A stretch of DNA of 61,423 bases from an uncultured Rickettsiales bacterium (GCA_964624555.1 CAZUXB010000001.1:1-61423); one strand, 5' to 3'. Positions 43,717-53,664 are shown, numbered from the stretch's first letter. Notes: generated by a model not told the origin, from the sequence alone. Program-made: numbers and translations.

Positions 43717-45924
43717 CTACGCCATATAATCCGGCAGCCAGCTTTCGTTAACCTTTCTGAGTTCTCTAACCTCTACCGAACTTCCAGCAACGCTAAGTTT
43801 TCCGGCTTCGGTTTTACCAATAACAACTGCTGTAACACCAACAGTTTTTGCAGCCTTAATTATATCCGAAGCATCTTTAGCGGTTAGAATATAGCGGCCC
43901 TGATCTTCACCAAACCAAAAAGCGACATCTCCAGTAACAGTTATATTTGCTCCTATTCCATCCCGGTATGTCATCTCAGCAATGGCGACAAGCAGGCCAC
44001 CATCGGACACATCATGGCAGGCAGTTATTTTGCCAGCCTGAATCAGCGAGCGCACGAAATCGCCATTGGCACGTTCGGCTTTTAGGTCAACCGGTGGCGG
44101 AGCGCCCTCTTCACGGCCTAAGATTTCGCGCAGGTAAAGGGATGCTCCCAAATGGCCTTTAGTTTCGCCAATAACGATGATATCTTCACCAGTAGCAACA
44201 AAGCTGTTTCCGACACGTTTTGTAACATCTTTGAGAATTCCCACGCCGCCGATGGCCGGAGTCGGGAAAATCGCTACACCATTGGTTTCGTTATAGAGCG
44301 ACACATTGCCAGAGATAATCGGGTAATCCAGCGCCCGGCACGCTTCCGCCATACCCTGCAAACACCCTACTATCTGACCCATAATTTCCGGCTTCTGCGG
44401 GTTGCCGAAATTCAGGCAGTTGGTGATGGCCAGTGGCGTGCCACCCACGGCGGTGATGTTGCGCCATGTTTCGGCTACAGCCTGCTTGCCGCCTTCGATG
44501 GGGTCGGCGTAGCAATAGCGTGGTGTGCAGTCGGTAGTTATCGCAAGCGCCTTGTTCGTGCCATGCACACGCACTATTGCACTGTCACCACCGCTACGCG
44601 CAACCGTATCATTACCAACCTGAGAATCATACTGTTCGTATATCCAACGCTTCGATGCGAGGTCGGGACATTGGATTAAGGTTAACAATGCAGTTGTCAG
44701 CGGTCGGTTGTCAGCGGTCAGGAAAGCTTTTTCTGATCGCTGATCGCTGACCGCTGACCGCTTAATTTCATACGGCCTGTCATACACCGGTGCGTCGGTG
44801 GATACTGGCGCTATCGGCATGTCGGCAACCGTTTCGCCATTCATTTTCAGCACAATATTTCCGGTGTCGGTGATTTTTCCGATGGTGGCAAAGGCCAGTT
44901 CCCATTTTTCAAACACCTTGCGTGCAATATGCTCTTTTTCCGGTTTTATTACCATGAGCATGCGTTCCTGCGATTCGGAAAGCATGATTTCATACGGCGT
45001 CATTCCGGTTTCGCGCATCGGCACTTTATCAAGCCACATCTCAATGCCGGTGCCGCCCTTCCCCGCCATTTCCAACGACGATGAAGTGAGGCCCGCCGCG
45101 CCCATATCCTGAATGGCGAGAATAGTGTCTGTCTGCATCAGTTCGAGGCAGGCTTCGATGAGAAGTTTTTCTGTGAATGGATCGCCCACCTGCACGGTCG
45201 GGCGTTTTTCTTCCGACGCATCGTCGAATTCAGCGGAGGCCATGGTCGCACCGTGAATACCGTCGCGCCCGGTCTTGGAACCGACATAGACCACGCTGTT
45301 GCCAACACCGGCAGCTGCCGAGTAAAATATCTTGTCCGTCTGCGCGATACCAACGGTCATGGCGTTGACCAGAATATTTCCGTTATAGGAGGAATGGAAA
45401 TTGCACTCGCCACCAACGGTTGGAACACCAACGCAATTACCGTAGCTGCCAATTCCAGCAACCACGCCGGAGAGCAGATGTTTGGTTTTCGGGTGCGATG
45501 GGTCGCCAAATCGCAGCGCGTTCATATTCGCAATAGGGCGCGCGCCCATAGTGAACACGTCGCGCAGAATTCCGCCCACGCCGGTAGCAGCACCCTGGAA
45601 CGGTTCGATGTAGGATGGGTGATTGTGCGATTCCATTTTAAATATCGCCGCCTGCCCGTCACCGATATCAATGACACCAGCATTTTCACCGGGGCCGCAA
45701 ATGACCCACGGCGCTTCGGTAGGCAGGCCGCGCAGGAGCTCGTGCGCGATTGTATAGGAGCAATGCTCACTCCACATCACCGAGAAAATACCAAGCTCGA
45801 CAAGGTTCGGTTCGCGACCCAATGTTTTCAGCACACGCTGGTATTCCTCGGGCGTTAATCCATGTTGGGCAACGATTTCATCAGTGATTTTTTGTGTGGT
45901 TTTTTTTGCAGTAGCGCTTTGCAT
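43717..45924 (-). CDS. purL: Phosphoribosylformylglycinamidine synthase subunit PurL
   Basis: 735 aa. Motifs SEHCSY, ESHNHPS, and duplicated AIR-synthase-like domains. Confidence 0.95.
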   Translation of the reverse strand: MQSATAKKTTQKITDEIVAQHGLTPEEYQRVLKTLGREPNLVELGIFSVMWSEHCSYTIAHELLRGLPTEAPWVICGPGENAGVIDIGDGQAAIFKMESHNHPSYIEPFQGAATGVGGILRDVFTMGARPIANMNALRFGDPSHPKTKHLLSGVVAGIGSYGNCVGVPTVGGECNFHSSYNGNILVNAMTVGIAQTDKIFYSAAAGVGNSVVYVGSKTGRDGIHGATMASAEFDDASEEKRPTVQVGDPFTEKLLIEACLELMQTDTILAIQDMGAAGLTSSSLEMAGKGGTGIEMWLDKVPMRETGMTPYEIMLSESQERMLMVIKPEKEHIARKVFEKWELAFATIGKITDTGNIVLKMNGETVADMPIAPVSTDAPVYDRPYEIKRSAVSDQRSEKAFLTADNRPLTTALLTLIQCPDLASKRWIYEQYDSQVGNDTVARSGGDSAIVRVHGTNKALAITTDCTPRYCYADPIEGGKQAVAETWRNITAVGGTPLAITNCLNFGNPQKPEIMGQIVGCLQGMAEACRALDYPIISGNVSLYNETNGVAIFPTPAIGGVGILKDVTKRVGNSFVATGEDIIVIGETKGHLGASLYLREILGREEGAPPPVDLKAERANGDFVRSLIQAGKITACHDVSDGGLLVAIAEMTYRDGIGANITVTGDVAFWFGEDQGRYILTAKDASDIIKAAKTVGVTAVVIGKTEAGKLSVAGSSVEVRELRKVNESWLPDYMA
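44691..44761. repeat. Short-period hairpin element, in frame inside purL
   Basis: Left arm GTTGTCA GCGGTCG GTTGTCA GCGGTCA GG. Reverse complement of the right arm is (GCGGTCA)x2 (GCGATCA)x2 G. Several pairing registers are possible. Translated as [22 protein letters not shown]. Confidence 0.85.
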
Positions 45925-45949
45925 TTTTTATGTTTTCCTTGCTTATTTT

Positions 45950-46084
45950 AGTTCCCTCTCCCTCTGGGAGAAGGTTAGGATGAGGGCTGCTATCGTTAGT
46001 AAAGAAAAAGCCCCCATCCCCCTACGCCAAGTGGCTTCGTGGGACGCAGCCCCGGCCATCTCCCAAAGGGAGAGGGAGAATTAT
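45950..46084. repeat. CCCTCTCCC/GGGAGAGGG-type composite palindromic element (~135 bp)
   Basis: Left end TTCCCTCTCCCTCTGGGAGAAGGTTAGGATGAGGG, right end TCTCCCAAAGGGAGAGGGAGAATTATCTAT. Fills the purL-start/bcp-stop gap. Shares the TTATCTAT terminus with 21656-21745. Confidence 0.8.
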
Positions 46085-46570
46085 CTATAGTCCTTTAACA
46101 GCTTCCAAAACTTCGGTAACGTGGCCCTCTACTTTTACTTTGCGCCATATCTGGCGGATAATTCCCTTTTTATCAATCAAAAAAGTGCTGCGTTCTATCC
46201 CCAGAAAAGTTTTTCCATAGTTGAATTTTTCCTTCCATACACCGTAATCATCAAGGGTGCTGGTATTTTCTGCCGAAGCAAGGGGGAACGGCAGGCAGTA
46301 TTTCTCCTGGAATTTCTCATGGCTTTTCACCGAATCCTTGGAAACACCGATAATTACCGTATCAAGCCTTTCAAATTCCTTGATATTATCGCGAAAATCC
46401 TTGGCTTCAATGGTACAACCCGGCGTATCATCCTTGGGGTAGAAATAAAGCACTATATTCTTATTTCCCTCTGCGGTAAAAATGATTTCACCCTGGTTGG
46501 ATGGCATTTTAAAATGCGGGGCCTTAGCGCCAACCGCTAGATTTTCCTTAACTTTTGCCGGTGATGACAT
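46085..46570 (-). CDS. bcp: Thioredoxin-dependent peroxiredoxin Bcp
   Basis: 161 aa. Motif YFYPKDDTPGCTIEA. Confidence 0.9.
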   Translation of the reverse strand: MSSPAKVKENLAVGAKAPHFKMPSNQGEIIFTAEGNKNIVLYFYPKDDTPGCTIEAKDFRDNIKEFERLDTVIIGVSKDSVKSHEKFQEKYCLPFPLASAENTSTLDDYGVWKEKFNYGKTFLGIERSTFLIDKKGIIRQIWRKVKVEGHVTEVLEAVKGL

Positions 46571-46636
46571 GACTAAACTCCCTTATTTGGTTAATTTTGG
46601 TGGGTTTTAATTAATAGTTATGCTAGTTTATTAGGT

Positions 46637-47389
46637 ATGACAGACGAAGAGTTATATAACGCTATCCGCAAGGAAGCAACAGAAAGCAATTACTACGATG
46701 GCAAGTCCGTAGGCAAGGATACGCTGCTCTATAAATTCGTCGCCGAGCAGGCGAGAGAAGTTAGCGTTGATATAAATGAAATTCATATTCATGTTCTAAA
46801 AAACAATAGCAGTTCCGCCTCTATGCTCTTGGATAATTTAATTATTGGAGATGGCAACTTTAAGAAGGGTAATCTCAAGACGCTAAGAGGCGCTATAAAA
46901 CATGAACTTCAACATAAAAAACAAGGCATGCTTTCAACGGCAATAGACAATATTTTTTCCGGATTCAATATGCACGGAATGGGGAGAAAATCAGAATGCG
47001 AAGCTGATTTTGCTGCAGGAAAAGATATTGTAGATTGGTTAGACCTACATCTTGGCCCTCCTAGCGCATATTTTGAAGCAGACGAAATACACCCATCTCA
47101 TAGAGATAGGATGAAATCTGGGCTTATTAAATCTTATATTGAAGATAAGACGGGCGTAATACTTAAGCCGGAGGATGTAAAAATAGCTGCTGATTGCAGC
47201 TTTGAAATTACCAACGCGGAAAAAGCAAAAGCCATTCCAGCAAAAATTATAGAAGACGCAAGGAAAAATGCCGAAGTGGTTGCTGCTGAGATTGATAAGG
47301 CGTTTAAGCTACAACTAGAAAACCCATCTTCCCCTACCCCTAAAATTCCTGGTATTGCTAAAACCAACGATAGGCCTGCAAGTAGATAA
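46637..47389 (+). CDS. Hypothetical soluble zinc metalloprotease-like protein (M48-like motif set)
   Basis: 250 aa with no signal peptide or TM segment. HELQH (HExxH), then ECEADFAAG, then IHPSHRDRM. The order resembles the M48 pattern HExxH...ExxAD...HPxxxxR. Confidence 0.5.
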   Translation: MTDEELYNAIRKEATESNYYDGKSVGKDTLLYKFVAEQAREVSVDINEIHIHVLKNNSSSASMLLDNLIIGDGNFKKGNLKTLRGAIKHELQHKKQGMLSTAIDNIFSGFNMHGMGRKSECEADFAAGKDIVDWLDLHLGPPSAYFEADEIHPSHRDRMKSGLIKSYIEDKTGVILKPEDVKIAADCSFEITNAEKAKAIPAKIIEDARKNAEVVAAEIDKAFKLQLENPSSPTPKIPGIAKTNDRPASR

Positions 47390-47390
47390 T

Positions 47391-47432
47391 ATGAACGACA
47401 CAGAGCTGTATAACGCCAGCAAGCGGCGTTAA
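47391..47432 (+). pseudogene. Truncated stub paralogous to the 5' end of the preceding gene
   Basis: ATG AAC GAC ACA GAG CTG TAT AAC GCC... gives MNDTELYNASKRR*, compared with MTDEELYNAIRK at 46637. It ends 10 nt before the glnE stop codon. Confidence 0.6.
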
Positions 47433-47441
47433 GAGATAGCC

Positions 47442-50213
47442 TTAGTTAAGTAATTTCTGATAATACCCAAACACCATTTTCTCGGTTTCTAAAAGTCGCG
47501 CGCTTAAGCTTTCAAAATCTTTTTCATGCACGGTTTCCACCAGCAGTTTTTTGAGTCCCGCCGGGGCGGTATTTTCTTCAAACTGGTGGCTGACACAAAT
47601 ACGCAGCATATTGAACAGCTGGCCTAAGAACTGGTAAGCTGCGCTCAACTCATCAACAGTTTTAGTATCAAGGCAGCCAGCCTGTTTGAGCATGGCAAAA
47701 ATATCCTGGGCGCCACCTGGCTTTATACCAAGTAAATTTGGGGCATAGCGCAACATAAGATACTGGGCTATGAAATCAATATCGGTAAGCCCGCCGCGGA
47801 TATATTTTATGTCCCACGGATTGCTGGTAACATGGCTGGCGGCAATGCGTTCGCGCATATCGGCGACATCTGCGCGGAGCTTTTCATCATCCCGGTCTTT
47901 ATGTATCTGCCTGGCAATGAATATTCCCAATTCCTCCCGCAGCGATTCGTCACCGGCTACCACCCGCGCCTTAGTTAAGGCCATATATTCAAAAGTCCAG
48001 GCCAGTTCTGCAAAATAATGGGTAAGCGCCTGGAAGCTCACCGCCAGCAACCCTTGCTTGCCGGAAGGGCGCAGGCGTGTATCAACCTCATAAAGCCTGC
48101 CATCACGCCCCATGCCGGACAGCGCGCTTAACAAACGCTGGGAGAGGCGGTTATAATACACGCTGGCCGTGAATGATTTTTCCCCATCGGATGCCGCCTC
48201 GAAATCCGGTGTGGTATAGATAAACACCAAGTCTATATCAGAGCTGAAAGTCATTTCACGACTGCCAAGCTTGCCCAGCGCGATAATGGCAAAGCGGCTT
48301 CCGGCTATTTTACCATAAGTTTTTTCAAAATCGGCAAGCACTGCTTTAAGTGATTGCTGGACCATTATCTCGGCCAGATTGCTGAGAAAAAAACCTGTCT
48401 GTTCAACATCGACCATGTGTTTTAAAAATTGCACCCCGGCCTGGAACTGTTTCTCATTACGGAACTGGCGCAGCTTATCCATCTGGTCTTCAAAATATTC
48501 GATATGCCGCATCTGCTCGTAAAGCTGCTCCTCAAGATAAACCGGCGATGGCAGTTTCTGATAAAAATCCTCATAAAGCACGGCATCAAGCAACTCTGGC
48601 ATTGTGCTAAGTGTCGTAGCCAGCGTTGGCGCACTACCCATGATATCGGCGATAAGGCCGAGTAACCCCGGGTTCATCTGGAACAGGGAAAATATCTGGG
48701 TGGAGGCAGGAAGTTTTTTCAGAAACTCATTGAACTTTAGAAAAGCACTATCGGGACTTACTGTTTCCGACAGGCGTTTTAAAATTGCCGGCATCATTTC
48801 AGTAAGCAGTTCGCGGGCTTTTTTAGTGCGCGTTGCGCGACACGAGCCGTGGTGCCAGCCCATGATTATTTCCGAGACTACCTCAGGGTTTTCATAGCCC
48901 ATTGCGCGAATGGTTTTCAGTGTTTCCTCATCGTGGGTAACGCCGGTAAAGACAAGGTTTCCGCTATCGCCCAGCTTCTCCGCGCCACGGAAGGATGAGG
49001 CATAAATTGCATGCACCGCATGAAGGTGCCGAAGCAGGTCACTGGTAAACAATTCTATATTTTCATAGCCCATGAATTCGGAGATGTTTTTAAACTCCGC
49101 ATCTCCTTCCGGCAGGTCATGGGTCTGCTCGTCATTCACCATCTGGATACGGTGTTCCAGAGTGCGCAGGAAACCATAGGCAGTGCGCATGGTAGTTTCT
49201 TTTTCGGCGGTGATTATTCCCATATCGCGCAGCACTGCCAGTGTATTACAGGTCGCACGCAGACGTAAGGATGCTTCACGCCCACCCCAGATAAGCTGGT
49301 GTATCTGCACAAAAAACTCTATTTCGCGGATGCCGCCGAGGCCGAGTTTTATATTGTGGCCTTTGGCTTGTATATCGCGGTTCTGGCGGCTGTCCATCTG
49401 GCGCTTGATGGAATGGATATCATTAATCGCAGCAAAATCAAGGTGGCGGCGCCACATAAAAGGCGTAAGACCTTTAATGAATTTTTCCCCGGCTTCAATG
49501 TCTCCGGCCATAGGCCGCGCTTTTATCATCGCCGCACGTTCCCAGTTCTGACCGACTCCTTCGTAATAATAGTAAGCAGCTTCAATAGTTACCGCTGGTG
49601 GAGTCGATGCCGGGTCGGGGCGGAGCCTTAAGTCAGTGCGGAAAACATAGCCGTCGGCAGTGCGTTCCTGCATAACGAATACCAAGTCCTGCGCCAGCTT
49701 ATTCATGAATTTCTGCTCGTTGCTGCGGCCCTTGTAACCAAGTTTACCCGGCTCATAAAATATGATGAGGTCGATGTCGCTGGAATAATTTAGTTCGCGC
49801 CCGCCGAGCTTTCCCATACCGAGGATTATCAAACCGCTGCCTTTGCTCTGCCCATGTTCTATCTCATCGCGTTTTTTCGCAGATTGCAGCAAATGGTTGG
49901 TGGTTATATTCAAACAAGCCTGCGCAAAATCGGAAAGTGCGGCGGTAATTTTTTCCAACGGCCACACCTGCGCGATATCGGCAAGGGCGGTAAGCAGCGC
50001 AAGCTTTCCCTTGGCGCTACGCAGCTCGCGCATGAGCGCCGCCTGCTCCCAGTCCTTGTCGGAAAGCTCGCCTAAACATTTGCTGAATTCTGCATATACG
50101 CTATCGGCACCCCTGCCCCCGATATCCGCAACAAAATCCGGGTAAAGCTCGATAAGGCGCTTAAGAAACGGCGAGTGGGCCTGTGCTTTGAGTATAGCTT
50201 CCTGAGTATCCAT
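47442..50213 (-). CDS. glnE: Bifunctional glutamine synthetase adenylyltransferase/deadenylase
   Basis: 923 aa. Two nucleotidyltransferase domains (GKLGGRELNYSSDIDLIIFY and GKLGSREMTFSSDIDLVFIY). Confidence 0.9.
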   Translation of the reverse strand: MDTQEAILKAQAHSPFLKRLIELYPDFVADIGGRGADSVYAEFSKCLGELSDKDWEQAALMRELRSAKGKLALLTALADIAQVWPLEKITAALSDFAQACLNITTNHLLQSAKKRDEIEHGQSKGSGLIILGMGKLGGRELNYSSDIDLIIFYEPGKLGYKGRSNEQKFMNKLAQDLVFVMQERTADGYVFRTDLRLRPDPASTPPAVTIEAAYYYYEGVGQNWERAAMIKARPMAGDIEAGEKFIKGLTPFMWRRHLDFAAINDIHSIKRQMDSRQNRDIQAKGHNIKLGLGGIREIEFFVQIHQLIWGGREASLRLRATCNTLAVLRDMGIITAEKETTMRTAYGFLRTLEHRIQMVNDEQTHDLPEGDAEFKNISEFMGYENIELFTSDLLRHLHAVHAIYASSFRGAEKLGDSGNLVFTGVTHDEETLKTIRAMGYENPEVVSEIIMGWHHGSCRATRTKKARELLTEMMPAILKRLSETVSPDSAFLKFNEFLKKLPASTQIFSLFQMNPGLLGLIADIMGSAPTLATTLSTMPELLDAVLYEDFYQKLPSPVYLEEQLYEQMRHIEYFEDQMDKLRQFRNEKQFQAGVQFLKHMVDVEQTGFFLSNLAEIMVQQSLKAVLADFEKTYGKIAGSRFAIIALGKLGSREMTFSSDIDLVFIYTTPDFEAASDGEKSFTASVYYNRLSQRLLSALSGMGRDGRLYEVDTRLRPSGKQGLLAVSFQALTHYFAELAWTFEYMALTKARVVAGDESLREELGIFIARQIHKDRDDEKLRADVADMRERIAASHVTSNPWDIKYIRGGLTDIDFIAQYLMLRYAPNLLGIKPGGAQDIFAMLKQAGCLDTKTVDELSAAYQFLGQLFNMLRICVSHQFEENTAPAGLKKLLVETVHEKDFESLSARLLETEKMVFGYYQKLLN

Positions 50214-50321
50214 AGACTATTACAGTACGCGGAATATAGTTTTATGCAATAACTTGCTAAATATTCCCAATTTTAAAAAACTTGATTGTTGCCGCTACAG
50301 CTTTATGGCATGGTGCTATCC

Positions 50322-53300
50322 ATGCGTACTATAATAAAAAAAATCTGGCACAGTGAGATATTCAAATTCCTGCTGGGCATTGTGCTGATGCTGGTGGTAT
50401 CGGCGCTTATAGCTTTCAACGCCCTGCTGCTATGGGTGGCAACCGGACCGCGCTCGCTCGATGCGGTAACGCCATATATCGAAAGCGCACTTTCCGACAC
50501 AGACGGCAATTTTAATGTCAAGATCGGGGAAACCCGCCTCATCTGGGATGGCTGGCGGCATCCGGTCGATATCCGCCTGAAGGATGTATCGGTGCTGACC
50601 GGGGAAGGTAAAACCTTTACGGTCTTCCCTGAGATAGAACTGGGTATAGACGTATTATACCTGCCGCTGGGGCGAATAATGCCAACATCGCTGGTAATTA
50701 CCTCACCCACAATGAACATAGTACAAAACGATGACCATTCCTTTGGCTTTGGTTTCAAACAGGAAAATGAGGAGACTACTACTGTTCCCCTACCTGCGGT
50801 ACTAGCGCCGTTACTCTCTCAGAGCGATGACAGCAATTTCCGCCGCCTGCATACTGTTATAATAAAAGATGCCGGCGTTAACGTCCTGAATAGCAGACAG
50901 AAAGTATTCTTTAATGCCCATGATTTTAACCTCGTATTCAACCGCAACAGGCGCGGTGCAGTTAAAGTTGGATGTATTGCGTCTATTGATTACGAGGACA
51001 ACAGCTCGGTAATACGCAGTGAATTTTCCTTAAAACCCAACCAACCGACCATAGATGGCCTTCTGGAATTTTCTGAGGTAAAGCCGGACATACTGGCCGG
51101 GTTATTTACCAGCAACCCGGAGTGGAAGTCATTTGCCGTTCCGGTCAGTGGCAAAGTCAGTATGGCGCTTGATACCGGCGGAACGCTGCAATCTTTTGAA
51201 TTTGCGATAAGGGGCAGCAAAGGATCTATTGCTTCTGACAAACTGGTTGCTCCCCTTCCGGTTAATTCCTTGGATATAACCGGCGCAGTCGGCAACGGCC
51301 TCAGCGAGATACGCCTTGACGCTCTGAATGCTGATATAGATGGGATGCAGCTTTCTGCAAGCGGCAGGGCCAAATTTTTTGATAGCACCTCAGAACCAGA
51401 CTCCAGCCCGGAAATAAGCGCGAATATTTTATTAAAGGATATTCCGGTTGGGAAGGTCAAGATGTTGTGGCCACCTTCCCTGTCACCAATGACCAGGGAG
51501 TGGGTAACAGAGAATATAACCGAAGGTATAGTTGTACAGGATCAGGTGATAATTGACCTAAAAAAAGGTGACCTGAAGAAGCCGGTGTTGCCCAAGGAAT
51601 CAATAGATGCCACCATTGACGCAGAGGGCCTGAAAATCCGCTACCTGCCTGAGCACCCACAGGCAACCAATGTAAAAAGCAAAATCCACATTGATGGCGT
51701 GTCCCTGGCCGCTGACATCGAGTCCGCTGATTTCCTGGAAAAAACAAAACTGAGCAACGGTCATGTCACTATAGATGACCTTAACGTTGATAATCCTTAT
51801 ATAAATGTTGAGCTGCACGCAGAAGCCCCCGCCAGAGACATGGTGCATTTCCTAGGGTTGCCACGCTTAAAGCACTCTGGCCACCTTGGATTAGATGAAG
51901 GAAATATCACCGGCAATGTAAACGGCGAGGCAAAGGTTGGTTTTAATTTTTTTGCCCCAAAGGGCCAGAAAGCTGAAGATGTTATCAGCTATGCGGTGAA
52001 AGCCGAAATTGAAAATATTTCACAGAAAGATTTCCTGCATAAATTTGACGTGGTAAATGCGAATGGAACAGTAAATGTTGATAATAGCGGCGTTGAGTTT
52101 ACAGGTTCCGGGGAAGTAAACGGCGCCAAGGCCAACAACAGCAAAGTCAGGTATTTATTCAAACCGGAAAAAGGTGTGGATACTTTTCTGGAATTCACTG
52201 CCAGCATAGCTGCAGAAAACCTCAAACGTTTCGGCTATCCTGAATTTCCTTTCCTGAAAGGTAATCTTGATGCAAGTGCCAAAGTCAAGCTGGGCAACAA
52301 TCTTGAACAAACAGATGCAAACATTAACCTGACCGGTGCCGATATAAATTTTGATAAAATCGCCTGGAAGAAACCGGTAGGTGAACCTGTAAAGCTTGCT
52401 ATCACAACCGAAAAGAAAGATGGTGTACTAAAAATAAATTCTTTCAATATAAGTGGAAGCAAAGTTGCGGCCAAAGGCTCTGCCACACTGGCCAATAACT
52501 ATAGCGATTTCACGGATATACACCTCAGCGAATTTACGCTGGGCAATAATGATATAGCAAATTTATCTTACGAACAGAAAGATGACATTACCAATCTTAA
52601 CATCAGAGCAGACAGCTTGGACTTAACCAATATCATGGAAAAAAACAGCGATGGATTTTCCTTCCAGAATTTCCCGCCGGTAAAATTAAAGGCTGATATT
52701 GGCAAACTCATAATTGGTAACGAACGGATAGTAAGCAATTTTAATGGTGAGATAAGTTGTGATAAAACCATTTGCAATAGTGCCGACCTGACTGGCAAAA
52801 GCGGTGATGGCAAAGCGTTTTCCATAAAAATATTCAATGATGCCAGACAAGAAAGAAAAATAGCGGTGCGTGCCGATGACGCCGGTTCGTTCCTGCATGA
52901 TTTTGGAATACTTGACGGAATGAACGGTGGTGGATTGGTTCTATACGGAATATACCAGGAAAACGGTTCAGGCAGCACCCTGAACGCAAAACTCACTATC
53001 AGTGAACATACAATAAAAAATGCACCAATACTGGGCAAGATTTTGGCTCTTGCCTCGCTCACTGGGTTAATAGATACGCTTCAGGGCAACGGCATACGTT
53101 TCAAGGCACTTAACATTCCCTTCACACTGCATAATGATGTAGCAACTTTGGAAAAAGGAAAGACCTATGGTTCGGCCATTGGCATAACTGTTGATGGCAC
53201 CATAACCTTCCCCAAAAAAATTCTGGACCTGCAGGGAACAGTAGTTCCATCTTATACGTTGAATAACTTCTTCGGCAAGGTACCGCTTCTGGGAGAGATG

Positions 53301-53474
53301 TTAACTGGCGGTGACGGTCAGGGAGTATTCGCTGCCCGTTACAGCATTAAAGGCCCAGAAAGTAAAGCCGATGTCAGCGTAAACCCACTGTCCATACTTA
53401 CCCCCGGCTTCCTGCGCGGCTTGTTTGATATATTTGATGACCAGAAAGAAGAAGGCCAGAATACTGGCAACTAA
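50322..53474 (+). CDS. AsmA-like/YhdP-like large envelope protein (DUF3971-type)
   Basis: About 1050 aa. Single N-terminal TM segment, long beta-rich body, C-terminal VSVNPLSILTPGFLRGLFDIF. The ORF opens at 50286 (TTG); the ATG at 50322 is preferred. Confidence 0.7.
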   Translation: MRTIIKKIWHSEIFKFLLGIVLMLVVSALIAFNALLLWVATGPRSLDAVTPYIESALSDTDGNFNVKIGETRLIWDGWRHPVDIRLKDVSVLTGEGKTFTVFPEIELGIDVLYLPLGRIMPTSLVITSPTMNIVQNDDHSFGFGFKQENEETTTVPLPAVLAPLLSQSDDSNFRRLHTVIIKDAGVNVLNSRQKVFFNAHDFNLVFNRNRRGAVKVGCIASIDYEDNSSVIRSEFSLKPNQPTIDGLLEFSEVKPDILAGLFTSNPEWKSFAVPVSGKVSMALDTGGTLQSFEFAIRGSKGSIASDKLVAPLPVNSLDITGAVGNGLSEIRLDALNADIDGMQLSASGRAKFFDSTSEPDSSPEISANILLKDIPVGKVKMLWPPSLSPMTREWVTENITEGIVVQDQVIIDLKKGDLKKPVLPKESIDATIDAEGLKIRYLPEHPQATNVKSKIHIDGVSLAADIESADFLEKTKLSNGHVTIDDLNVDNPYINVELHAEAPARDMVHFLGLPRLKHSGHLGLDEGNITGNVNGEAKVGFNFFAPKGQKAEDVISYAVKAEIENISQKDFLHKFDVVNANGTVNVDNSGVEFTGSGEVNGAKANNSKVRYLFKPEKGVDTFLEFTASIAAENLKRFGYPEFPFLKGNLDASAKVKLGNNLEQTDANINLTGADINFDKIAWKKPVGEPVKLAITTEKKDGVLKINSFNISGSKVAAKGSATLANNYSDFTDIHLSEFTLGNNDIANLSYEQKDDITNLNIRADSLDLTNIMEKNSDGFSFQNFPPVKLKADIGKLIIGNERIVSNFNGEISCDKTICNSADLTGKSGDGKAFSIKIFNDARQERKIAVRADDAGSFLHDFGILDGMNGGGLVLYGIYQENGSGSTLNAKLTISEHTIKNAPILGKILALASLTGLIDTLQGNGIRFKALNIPFTLHNDVATLEKGKTYGSAIGITVDGTITFPKKILDLQGTVVPSYTLNNFFGKVPLLGEMLTGGDGQGVFAARYSIKGPESKADVSVNPLSILTPGFLRGLFDIFDDQKEEGQNTGN

Positions 53475-53475
53475 C

Positions 53476-53664
53476 CTAATGCGCCGCAACTCTCCGGCTG
53501 GTTGTTTCCTGCGACAGTATATATGTCCTGCTGCAATAAGGACAAACAACACGTCCTGTTTCCTGTTCTATTTGCAGATACACCTTGGGATGGCCAACAG
53601 CGCCACCTCCCCCATCGCAAGAAACTTCTTTAGAATCAACTGAGATTTCTTCAAACTTATCCAT
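53476..53664 (-). CDS. Zinc-finger (zf-CHCC, NDUFS6-like) small protein
   Basis: 62 aa. Motif VSCDGGGGAVGHPKVYL...VVCPYCSRTY. Confidence 0.75.
   Translation of the reverse strand: MDKFEEISVDSKEVSCDGGGGAVGHPKVYLQIEQETGRVVCPYCSRTYILSQETTSRRVAAH

Noticed and set aside
10298-44761. The short-period arms as miniature CRISPR arrays or as ordinary microsatellite contingency loci.
   Set aside because: The units are only 6-8 nt, directly adjacent with no spacers, limited to 3-5 degenerate copies, and always paired with an inverted partner arm. No cas genes are present. The imperfect units make simple slipped-strand phase variation unlikely.
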